Source: Fidelibacterota bacterium (GTDB lineage: Bacteria > Fidelibacterota > UBA2242). From it: 64,000 bases of DNA. Position numbers and translations under genes: made by a program. The stretch covers positions 590 through 64,589 of the forward strand of contig DSAS01000047.1 in assembly GCA_011046365.1 (NCBI GenBank), given 5' to 3'. The notes under the pieces were generated by a model, which saw only the letters and a program-made list of their open reading frames with translations, was not told where the DNA came from and did no database searches. Each line of letters opens with the position of its first letter. Position 1 is the first letter of the stretch. Below, in pieces: positions 1 to 8,313 of this stretch.

Positions 1-589
1 TTTCGGCTACTTTACCGAGGATAAAGCGGGCAACATCCAGCTCCGTCATGCCGGGTCGCATATATTCAGAAACCTGAGCGTAAATATCTTCAGTCAGTTG
101 AATTGCCGCCTTGATGCGCTTAATTTCCGATTCGGTTTTACGACCCCGTAGGGCACTGATAATCGCTTCCGAGGAGATAAAGCGGTTTTTAAATTTGGTA
201 TCTGCCGTCATCCCCATCAGCAGTTCATACATTCCGTGGGTCAAACCGTCCGCCATATAGTCGTTTTTTGAGGTGTTAATGGCGATTTTCTGTGGATTCA
301 GGTCATTTAATACGGACAGCAGTTCTTCCTTTAAACCTCCCACATATTTACGGATGTCCTTGTAAAGCCCCGTCAGGCGTACCCGCTCGTAATCCAGGCT
401 GCCAACGATGGCGATTGTTTTCCCGCAACGCGTGATGATAAACGCCGATTGCCAGGTAACGTTTGTTCCCAGCGTAAGATCGAGGCACGGGTCGGCAATG
501 GCTTCGGTCTCCCGTACAAAAGTCAGCCACATATCAAGCTGCTTCTCCTTCAGAATTTCCACCGCCTGTTGAATTTTCGCTTTTAACAA
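1..589 (-). CDS. M24-family metallopeptidase (Xaa-Pro aminopeptidase-like), N-terminal part; gene continues past the window start
   Basis: My own minus-strand translation (LLKAKIQQAVEILKEKQLDMWLTF...SEAIISALRGRKTESEIKRIKAAIQLTEDIY...MRPGMTELDVA) matches the creatinase/prolidase N-domain followed by the start of the M24 catalytic domain. It is not in the ORF track because its stop lies outside the window. The only in-frame start after a TAA is a TTG at 587-589, so the start is uncertain. Confidence 0.65.
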   Translation of the reverse strand, partial: MLKAKIQQAVEILKEKQLDMWLTFVRETEAIADPCLDLTLGTNVTWQSAFIITRCGKTIAIVGSLDYERVRLTGLYKDIRKYVGGLKEELLSVLNDLNPQKIAINTSKNDYMADGLTHGMYELLMGMTADTKFKNRFISSEAIISALRGRKTESEIKRIKAAIQLTEDIYAQVSEYMRPGMTELDVARFILGKVAE

Positions 590-644
590 TTTAGGGCCTC
601 CATAATTATCAGATATCTGATAGGAATTTACATGAAAGATTAGA

Positions 645-686
645 TAAAAAAAATGTCGGAGAGATTACCGGGCGGTAACTCTCTCC
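645..686 (-). terminator. Putative rho-independent terminator (GGAGAG...CTCTCC hairpin plus a T8 tract) read on the minus strand
   Basis: An inverted repeat ggagagattacc/ggtaactctctcc around 655-686 is followed on the minus strand by tttttttt (645-652). It lies about 250 nt downstream of the uvrA stop and just upstream of the M24 peptidase start. Confidence 0.4.
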
Positions 687-933
687 AACGCATGGGGGCA
701 ATGTTCTATTCGATGAGGGTTATGGTGGGCAAAATCCATTCAAAAAGCATAGATTGTCTATACAATGGCTATGCCAGACTACTATTTACATTAATTACAA
801 TAACTTAGTGACATCAGAAAACTGAAAAGTATTACCCGGACACCGCAGAATTTGTGGTAATTTTGCCACAATTGTAGGATTTTTAAGACTTATTAGCCTG
901 GATTATTCATCCAGAAAATTCGGGATGAATTAA

Positions 934-3753
934 TCAGTTTAAAATGTTTTTCAGATATCTGCCGGTATAGGAATTTTCACTGGCGGCGATATTTTCCGGC
1001 GTGCCGGTAGCGACGATTTCTCCGCCCTGGTCACCGCCCTCGGGTCCCAGATCAATGATGTAATCGGCGGTTTTGATCACGTCAAGGTTATGTTCGATTA
1101 CGATGATTGTGTTACCCTGGTCCACCAGCCGGTTCAGGACGGTGAGCAATATTTTGATATCTTCAAAATGCAGACCGGTGGTCGGTTCATCCAGAATGTA
1201 GAGCGTTTTCCCGGTTCCGACCTTGCTGAGTTCTGTCGCCAGTTTGACCCGCTGGGCTTCACCGCCGGAGAGGGTGGTTGCCTGCTGACCTAGCTTGATA
1301 TAGCCGAGCCCGACGCTGTGCAGGGTCTCCAACTTTTTGCGGACACGCGGAATTTTTTCGAAGAATATCAGGGCTTCATTGACCGACATGTCCAGCACAT
1401 CGGCAATACTCTTGCCGCGATATTTTATTTCCAGAGTTTCGCGGTTGTAGCGTTTGCCTTTGCAGATTTCACAAGGTACGTAAACATCGGGCAGAAAGTG
1501 CATTTCGATTTTTCGGATGCCATCACCGTGGCAGGCTTCGCAACGACCACCCCGGACATTGAAGGAGAACCGTCCGGCACGGTAGCCGCGGATTTTCGAC
1601 TCTTTCATTGAGCTGAAAAGTTCACGGATTATGCCAAATGTTCCGGTATAAGTGGCGGGATTGGAGCGGGGCGTACGACCAATGGGATTTTGGTTGATAT
1701 CAATGACCTTATCAATATATTCTATTCCGCGAATGGTTTCGTATTTCAACGGGATGTGCGCTGATTTGTAAAAATGCCGGTGCAAAATCGGGTAGAGGGT
1801 TTCGTTGATTAAGCTGCTTTTACCGGACCCGGACACACCGGTGATGCAGATGAATTTGCCGAGGGGAAAATAGACGGTAATATTTTTCAGGTTGTTGCCC
1901 TGAGCACTGCAGAGGCAGAGCTGTTTACCGTTTCCGGGGCGCCGGTTTGGTGAATAGTCAATGCGCTTTTTTCCGGAGAGATATTGCCCGGTCAGGGATT
2001 GTTCACTTTTCCGGATATCATCAGGTGTACCCTGAGCGACTACATAGCCGCCGGTTTCACCCGCGCCAGGACCCAGATCGAGAATGTAGTCGCCCTGTTC
2101 AATGGTTTCGCGATCGTGTTCCACAACCAAAACAGTATTACCGATGTCCCGGAGACGGGTAAGTGTATTCAGAAGGCGGTTGTTGTCCCGCTGATGCAGA
2201 CCGATGCTTGGTTCATCCAGGATATAAAGCACTCCGACCAATTGGGAGCCGATCTGAGTGGCGAGCCGAATGCGTTGGGCTTCCCCGCCGGAAAGGGTCT
2301 GGGCAGAGCGGTCGAGGGTCAGATATTCCACGCCCACATTGATCAGAAAATCAATCCGCTCGCGAATCTCTTTCAGAATCTGGTGAGCAATCAGTTCCTC
2401 AGTGGCGGTCAAGTCCAATTCTCCGAAAAATGTTTTTAAGCGGGAAACCGGATAGGCGGTCAGTTCGCTGATTGATAGACCGCTGATTTTTACCGCCAGA
2501 CTCTCTTTTTTCAGGCGGGCACCGTGACAGGTGTGACAGGGGCGCACGCTCATGAATTGGTTAATCCAGGTACGGATGCCGACGGAGTTGGTCTGGGTAT
2601 AGCGGCGTTTTAAATTGTTGATAACGCCCTCGAAAGGGGCATTGTATTGTCCCTGCATAAGTTGCGAATTGTAACTTACTGAAACGATGCCGCCGGAAGT
2701 GCCATATAGCAGGACATGTTTAGCCTGCTCCGGAAGTTTGTAATAGGGGGTTACAAAGTCGAAATCGTATTGCTTTGCGAGTCCTTTCAAAATGGCGGAG
2801 TACCAATTGCCCCGGGGCTGCTCCCCGAGCGGAACGATGGCTCCTTCTGACAAACTTTTACGATCGTCGGGTACCAGTAGGTCCGGATCAATTTCCATCT
2901 GCGATCCCAGACCGTCGCAGTCGGGACAGGCACCATATGGGCTGTTGAAAGAAAACATCCGCGGCGACAGCTCTTCGTAACTGATACCGCAATCGGGACA
3001 GGCGAAATGTTCACTGAAGATTTGTTCCTGTTCACCGTTAATCCAGACAATTATCAGACCGGAGCCGATATTCAGTGCCAGTTCAACGGATTCGGTAAGG
3101 CGTTCCTTGATGGTGGCGTTGACAATCAGACGATCCACCACCACCTCGATGTTGTGTTTTTTATTTTTGTCAATCCGGATGGGCTGATCAATGTCGAATA
3201 TTTTACCATCAATCCGGACCCGGACAAAGCCCTCCCGGCGAACCTCTTTGAAAATATCGCGGTACTCGCCCTTGCGTCCTCTGACCAATGGCGCCATGAT
3301 CATGATGCGGGTATCTTCCGGGAAATTCAGAAGGGCGTCCACGATCTGCTGCGGCGTCTGCTTCTGAATATGTTTACCGCAATTGTAACAGTAAGGAATG
3401 CCGATCCGGGCGTACAGCAGGCGTAGATAATCGTAAATTTCAGTTAATGTTCCCACAGTACTGCGGGGATTGTGGGAGGCTGCCTTCTGCTCGATGGAAA
3501 TAGTAGGGCTAAGACCCTCGATAAAATCTACATCCGGTTTTTCCATGACACCGAGAAATTGGCGGGCATAGGCGGAAAGCGATTCCACGTAGCGCCGCTG
3601 TCCCTCGGCGTAGATGGTGTCAAAAGCCAGTGAGGACTTTCCCGAACCAGACAAGCCGGTAATGATCACCAGTTTATCCCGGGGAATCCTGACGTCGATG
3701 TTTTTCAGATTGTGCTCGCGGGCACCTTTGATGACGAGATAACGACTATTCAT
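934..3753 (-). CDS. uvrA: Excinuclease ABC subunit A (UvrA)
   Basis: Two ABC ATPase modules with Walker [15 protein letters not shown] and [18 protein letters not shown] signatures and the CPDC/CEAC zinc modules. The likely real start is the internal [16 protein letters not shown] (cat at 3751-3753); the track ORF extends to 3831. The stop is TGA. Confidence 0.95.
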   Translation of the reverse strand: MNSRYLVIKGAREHNLKNIDVRIPRDKLVIITGLSGSGKSSLAFDTIYAEGQRRYVESLSAYARQFLGVMEKPDVDFIEGLSPTISIEQKAASHNPRSTVGTLTEIYDYLRLLYARIGIPYCYNCGKHIQKQTPQQIVDALLNFPEDTRIMIMAPLVRGRKGEYRDIFKEVRREGFVRVRIDGKIFDIDQPIRIDKNKKHNIEVVVDRLIVNATIKERLTESVELALNIGSGLIIVWINGEQEQIFSEHFACPDCGISYEELSPRMFSFNSPYGACPDCDGLGSQMEIDPDLLVPDDRKSLSEGAIVPLGEQPRGNWYSAILKGLAKQYDFDFVTPYYKLPEQAKHVLLYGTSGGIVSVSYNSQLMQGQYNAPFEGVINNLKRRYTQTNSVGIRTWINQFMSVRPCHTCHGARLKKESLAVKISGLSISELTAYPVSRLKTFFGELDLTATEELIAHQILKEIRERIDFLINVGVEYLTLDRSAQTLSGGEAQRIRLATQIGSQLVGVLYILDEPSIGLHQRDNNRLLNTLTRLRDIGNTVLVVEHDRETIEQGDYILDLGPGAGETGGYVVAQGTPDDIRKSEQSLTGQYLSGKKRIDYSPNRRPGNGKQLCLCSAQGNNLKNITVYFPLGKFICITGVSGSGKSSLINETLYPILHRHFYKSAHIPLKYETIRGIEYIDKVIDINQNPIGRTPRSNPATYTGTFGIIRELFSSMKESKIRGYRAGRFSFNVRGGRCEACHGDGIRKIEMHFLPDVYVPCEICKGKRYNRETLEIKYRGKSIADVLDMSVNEALIFFEKIPRVRKKLETLHSVGLGYIKLGQQATTLSGGEAQRVKLATELSKVGTGKTLYILDEPTTGLHFEDIKILLTVLNRLVDQGNTIIVIEHNLDVIKTADYIIDLGPEGGDQGGEIVATGTPENIAASENSYTGRYLKNILN

Positions 3754-3947
3754 GGTTTCATCCTGACAATCCTGAAAATTACAATTATTTTGGTACAACT
3801 TAAAGACATTTTCCAGGTTACAATATACCATTTCTGAAGAGATGTGATTATATTAGTCCCTTGAACAGTGCATTATTCACTGTATCCAAACATGAAAAGT
3901 CAGTATCCAAAAGAGAGTCGAAACAGGATTGTGAAAGGAAAAATAAA

Positions 3948-5501
3948 ATGAGACTGGTTGCGTTAATTATTCGGGATGGCTGGGGCTACAGCGAAAATCC
4001 CAAAGGGAATGCGGTCATGGCAGCCAAAACGCCCAATATTGATTCCTATAAAAAGAGTTATCCCTGGACATTACTGGAATGTTCCGGAGAAGCGGTTGGT
4101 CTGCCCGAGGGATATCAGGGTTCCAGTGAGGTTGGTCATCTGAATATCGGCGCCGGACGGATTGTTGTGCAGGAATTGAAACGCATTGATGACGGATTGA
4201 CCGATGGAACCCTTTTTCAGTCGCCGTGGTGGCGAAAATTGGTTGACAATTGGAAGTCCAACAAATCGCGCCTGCATCTTCTGGGATTGCTGCAGGACGA
4301 GGGCGTGCATGCGCACCAGGAACATCTGTTTAAAATTATGAGGCAGGCGCGGGAAGAGTATCCCGAAGGTGAGATTATTATTCATCCCTTTCTGGACGGG
4401 CGGGACACTCCCCCCCGCAGCACGCTGGAATATATTGCCAAATTGAATAGGGTGATGCAGGATGTCGGGAATTGCCGCATCGGCACGCTGATGGGGCGCT
4501 ATTACGGGATGGACCGCTCCCGCAACTGGAAATTAACCGATCAAGCGTATCATTGTATTGTCAATGCCGACGGGCGTGGGGCGGATAGCGCCGAAGAAGC
4601 CGTCAAGGAATCCTATGAAAAGGATCAGACACCCGACCATGTGGACATGTTTGACGAGTATATTCCACCCTACGTCGTTGGCTCATACGACGGTGTCCAG
4701 GATGGTGATTCCGTGATGCATACCAACTATCGTCAGGACCGCGCGATTCAGCTGAGTATGGCATTTGTCGATCCAAACTACCCCGGACAGCTACAGCGCC
4801 GACCGCAGGTCGTCTATGTCGGTTTCACCCAGTATTACGATGAATTTGATAACTATCTGCTTGGTTCCATGAGCTCCGGTGGCAGCATGAACAAACTGCT
4901 CGGCGAGGTGATTTCAAAAGCCGGTTTGCAGCAGCTGCGCATTGCGGAGACTCAAAAATTTCGCCACGTGACCAGTTTTTTTAACGGCAAATCCACTACC
5001 CCCTTTCCCAATGAGGATCAGGTGGAAGTGCCCAGCCGTTTTGATCCGGCAAGCTTTGCCAGCCACCCGGAGATGGACGCCTACAACGTCACGAAAGAGG
5101 TGTTGAAACGGCTCGAACACAATCCGTATCATTTTATTGTTATTAACTATGCCAATGGTGATATGGTGGGACATACGGGTAATTTTGAAGCCGCCCGCAA
5201 AGCGATTGAGATTGTTGATGAAAACGTCGGCAGCGTCGTCAAACGGCTGCTGGAACTCGATGCCCACATCCTGATTACCGCCGATCATGGCAATTCTGAG
5301 CAGATGGTGGATTATGAAACCGGTATGGTAAAAACAAGCCACACCCTGAATCCGGTTGAGCTGATCTATATGGCGAAAGATTCTCCTGAAAAAAAATTAA
5401 TCGAAAGAGGTAAGCTATCCGACATCGCACCGACGGCTCTACAACTTTTGGGATTGTCAATCCCAAAAGAGATGACGGCAGATGTTTTATTGAAAAAATA
5501 G
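3948..5501 (+). CDS. gpmI: 2,3-bisphosphoglycerate-independent phosphoglycerate mutase
   Basis: LIIRDGWG...SSEVGHLNIGAGRIVVQE and ADHGN motifs. Start is taken at MRLVALII (atg at 3948), preceded by aaagga 8 nt upstream; the track ORF starts earlier at 3861. The stop is TAG. Confidence 0.9.
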   Translation: MRLVALIIRDGWGYSENPKGNAVMAAKTPNIDSYKKSYPWTLLECSGEAVGLPEGYQGSSEVGHLNIGAGRIVVQELKRIDDGLTDGTLFQSPWWRKLVDNWKSNKSRLHLLGLLQDEGVHAHQEHLFKIMRQAREEYPEGEIIIHPFLDGRDTPPRSTLEYIAKLNRVMQDVGNCRIGTLMGRYYGMDRSRNWKLTDQAYHCIVNADGRGADSAEEAVKESYEKDQTPDHVDMFDEYIPPYVVGSYDGVQDGDSVMHTNYRQDRAIQLSMAFVDPNYPGQLQRRPQVVYVGFTQYYDEFDNYLLGSMSSGGSMNKLLGEVISKAGLQQLRIAETQKFRHVTSFFNGKSTTPFPNEDQVEVPSRFDPASFASHPEMDAYNVTKEVLKRLEHNPYHFIVINYANGDMVGHTGNFEAARKAIEIVDENVGSVVKRLLELDAHILITADHGNSEQMVDYETGMVKTSHTLNPVELIYMAKDSPEKKLIERGKLSDIAPTALQLLGLSIPKEMTADVLLKK

Positions 5502-5533
5502 CCCGTTTCTGAAAGAATGGCGGAGTAACGGAT

Positions 5534-6145
5534 TTAATGATCTTTTAAGGGGCTCCACACTTTCCACACATTACCGACCAGATCGGGACCCGGCTTGAGC
5601 ACTTTTTTACCGGGTGTCCAGCCGGCGGGACAGACTTCCGCCCCTTTGGTGGCGCGGACATGCTGGAATGCCTGAATCTGGCGAATGGTCTCGCTGAGTT
5701 GACGACCGACGGGAGGTGTCATCACCTCCATAGCCTGAATAATACCATCCGGATCAATAATGAACCGACCCCGTAGTTCAACGCCGGCATCCTCATCGTA
5801 GACGCCGTATATTTTACCAACGTTGCCGGCTCCGTCGGATACCATGTGAAAAGGGACATCCTTTTCCGCCATTTTGGACAATTCCTGCTCGTTCCAGACT
5901 TTGTGAACGAATTGGCTGTCAACGCTAACCGAGATAACCTCAACGCCCAGTTCTTGTAATGTTTGATAATTGGCAGCGACCGCTGACACTTCGGTCGCTC
6001 AGACAAAAGTGAAGTCGCCTGGATAAAAACAGAGCATTACCCATTGACCGAGAAAATCGGATAATTTAATGCTGGTGAATTTGCCCCGGTAATAGGCGGG
6101 CGCCTGAAAATCGGGGGCTTTGCTACCGACTTTGACGGTGGACAT
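5534..6145 (-). CDS. 2-Cys peroxiredoxin (AhpC/TSA family) with selenocysteine (in-frame TGA at 5999-6001) in place of the peroxidatic cysteine
   Basis: The track ORFs 5999..6247 (N-terminal, ...FYPGDFTFV) and 5534..5989 (C-terminal, ...EVCPAGW resolving-Cys motif) are in the same frame. They are separated only by TGA, exactly where the canonical FTFV-C-PTE peroxidatic Cys sits (here FTFV-U-ATEV). A SECIS-like hairpin follows immediately. Start is taken at MSTVKVGSKAPDF (cat at 6143-6145) with a gaggag SD. Confidence 0.8.
5972..5998 (-). promoter_or_regulatory. Bacterial SECIS element directing Sec insertion at the peroxiredoxin UGA
   Basis: The minus-strand mRNA reads UGA GCGACCGAAGUGUCAGCGGUCGCUGCC. 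It can fold as a 4-bp stem (CAGC/GCUG) with a GGUC loop, a bulged U, then two G-C pairs. This is the same architecture and spacing as the E. coli fdhF minimal SECIS (UUGCAGGUCUGCACC, loop GGUC, bulged U17, G23/U24). An alternative perfect 7-bp stem GCGACCG/CGGUCGC also exists. Confidence 0.65.
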
Positions 6146-6361
6146 TTTGGGCTCCTCTCGCAAAGGGATTTCGTGTTTCGCTTCGGTGGGCGGTTCGCCA
6201 ACAGTGGCACCTGTCGGACGAGCACAGCCCACGGCTTCATCTGACATGTCTTATCTCCTCCAGTTTAATTGTCATGACCACATCCAATCTTTCAAAAGCT
6301 TGCTGCTAAACTACATTATATGAAGAGAAAACGGAATTTCCAAGTCCAAACCGACCGTGCA

Positions 6362-7180
6362 CTAATTGTGGTTTTCTTGCAACATTTTTTGGAAATACAG
6401 CAGATGATATTCCAGGGCATTTGTCCAGTAATCCCAGTTGTGCTTCCCGGGACGCTCGATATAGTCATGGGGAATGCCCAGTTCGATCAATTTTGTGTGT
6501 ACGGTGCGATTGATTGTGATGGTGAAATCATCGATTCCGCAATCCAGCAGAATCCCCCTGTTCAATCCGACGAGGTTTTCAATGAGGGAAATACATGAAT
6601 TCTGTTGCCAAAGCCCGGAATTGGTCTCCGGGTCGCCAAGCAGCCGGATGAGACCGTATTTTTTGTTGGCATGAGAGAGCGCCAGGGCGCCGCTCATGCT
6701 GCTGGCGGCTGCATACAGATCGGGATGTTTTGCCAGCAGACTGAGGGCACCGTGTCCGCCCATGCTCAAACCACAGATAAAGCGTCCCTCCGGTTTGGCG
6801 ATTGTTTGGTAGTGTTTGTCTATATAGCGAATAACCTCCCTGCAGATGTAGGTCTCGTACTGTGAGTTTTTATCCAGCGGGCTGTCGAGATACCAGCCGT
6901 CGTAACCGCCGTTGGGACAGACGATGATGAACTGATACCGCTCCGCCAGCGGGCGCAGGTCTATATGCACCGACCAGTCCCGGTACGAGCCGCTCCAGCC
7001 GTGCAGCAGATAGACTACCGGTAGAACAGTTTTGCTTTGATAATAGGAAGCGGGAATGACAATGACCGCCCGGGGGGCAGTCCCCATGGATTTGCTCTTG
7101 ATGACGACGGTATCCAGCGACGCAGCCAGCAGTTGCTGGATGAGAAACAGGATCAAAAGGAAATTTTTCATCATTTTCAT
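6362..7180 (-). CDS. Secreted alpha/beta-hydrolase esterase (esterase D / S-formylglutathione hydrolase-like, CE1-like)
   Basis: N-terminal signal peptide, an HGWSGS oxyanion region and a GLSMGGHGAL nucleophile elbow. Length about 270 aa. Confidence 0.7.
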   Translation of the reverse strand: MKMMKNFLLILFLIQQLLAASLDTVVIKSKSMGTAPRAVIVIPASYYQSKTVLPVVYLLHGWSGSYRDWSVHIDLRPLAERYQFIIVCPNGGYDGWYLDSPLDKNSQYETYICREVIRYIDKHYQTIAKPEGRFICGLSMGGHGALSLLAKHPDLYAAASSMSGALALSHANKKYGLIRLLGDPETNSGLWQQNSCISLIENLVGLNRGILLDCGIDDFTITINRTVHTKLIELGIPHDYIERPGKHNWDYWTNALEYHLLYFQKMLQENHN

Positions 7181-7338
7181 AGGGCGACCTCTCGATTATG
7201 CAGATAATTTCAGTGATAATTTTCTAACAAGCATTCATCTGTGGCAAAATAAAATTTTTTTTGACAACTTGCAATAAATCATATGCAAATTGGATTAATC
7301 ATTTTAACTTACTAACTGAAAAGAAGGAGTGAAACCCA

Positions 7339-8274
7339 ATGAGAAGTAAAATTTTATTTTTATGTCTGTTAACGCTTGGAATTTTTGGACTGCAGGCGCA
7401 GCAGATCAACGTCACCGGGACGGTTATTATTCCCACAGAAGAGAGCCGCTATATGGCACCGCAATTCAGTCCCGACGGTGAAAAAATCCTCTTTACGGAA
7501 TTTGGTTATAAGGGTTTATGGCTATATGATTTAAAAGAAAAATCGCTAACCCAGCTCAACGACTACCCCGGTGCGGGCTATGAGCCGGTGTTCACGGCGG
7601 ACGGGGAGCGGATCGTCTTTCGGGTGGATGAATACAGAGATAATCGCAAATATTCTTCTCTGGCAATTCAGGCAATCGGAGAAAAAAAAGCGAATTTTAT
7701 GATCCGGAATGTCCGCCGGTTATCCCCACCCGCGCTGCTGAAAAACCGGTCTCTGGTCTATCGAAAAAATAGTGAAGTCTGTGTCTATAATTTTGAAAGC
7801 AAAATGGAAACACAGTCTGTCACCGTTCAGGGAATCTACGGCTATGTGGAAAATCAAAAAATTATCCTGATCCAGAACGGAACCCGCCAGGAGCTTGCGC
7901 CACTGCCGTCCAGAAATTACATCTGGTTTTCTCTTTCCCCGGATAACACGAAAATGGTTTTTACTGTCGTCGGCGGAGACACCTACGTGACGGACATAGC
8001 CGGAAATATTTTAAAGGTTATCGAAAAAGCCAATGCGCCGCAATGGTCTCCCGATGGGAAGTGGATTTTATTCATGGTGGATGAAGATGACGGTCATGTC
8101 ATTACAGCGTCCGAAATTTGGGCTTATCATCTTGAAAAAAACCGAAAAATTCAGATTACTGCAACTGAGGATATTCACGAAATGTATCCGGTTTGGTCAC
8201 CCCGTAGGGATCAAATAGCTTATCATACCGATGACGGTAAAATAATGATAGCATCCGTCCGGGTTGAAGACTAG
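7339..8274 (+). CDS. Secreted TolB-like beta-propeller protein (PD40/WD40-like repeats)
   Basis: Signal peptide plus repeated SPDG/SPDN/WSP motifs (FSPDGEKILFT, LSPDNTKMVFT, WSPDGKWILFM, WSPRRDQIAY). Ends with a TAG stop. Confidence 0.6.
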   Translation: MRSKILFLCLLTLGIFGLQAQQINVTGTVIIPTEESRYMAPQFSPDGEKILFTEFGYKGLWLYDLKEKSLTQLNDYPGAGYEPVFTADGERIVFRVDEYRDNRKYSSLAIQAIGEKKANFMIRNVRRLSPPALLKNRSLVYRKNSEVCVYNFESKMETQSVTVQGIYGYVENQKIILIQNGTRQELAPLPSRNYIWFSLSPDNTKMVFTVVGGDTYVTDIAGNILKVIEKANAPQWSPDGKWILFMVDEDDGHVITASEIWAYHLEKNRKIQITATEDIHEMYPVWSPRRDQIAYHTDDGKIMIASVRVED

Positions 8275-8313
8275 AAAAATAATTTTGTGATATTTTTTAC
8301 TATGGAGCATATA

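Noticed and set aside
348-530. 60-aa ORF on the minus strand
   Set aside because: It is an out-of-frame read within the M24 peptidase coding region; the peptidase frame is the one with recognisable homology.
1984-3426. Several plus-strand ORFs (1984..2439, 3007..3426 and others) inside uvrA, and similar antisense ORFs inside hppA, the Csd4-like gene, PBP1A, GH20 and others
   Set aside because: They are antisense to strongly supported long genes and have no homology signal. They are typical spurious ORFs for a mid-GC genome.
5999-6247. Treating 5999..6247 (82 aa) and 5534..5989 (151 aa) as two separate small genes, or as a peroxiredoxin pseudogene
   Set aside because: They are in the same frame and separated by a single TGA that falls exactly on the catalytic Cys codon. 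An fdhF-like SECIS hairpin follows. A Sec-recoding reading is far more parsimonious than two fragments.
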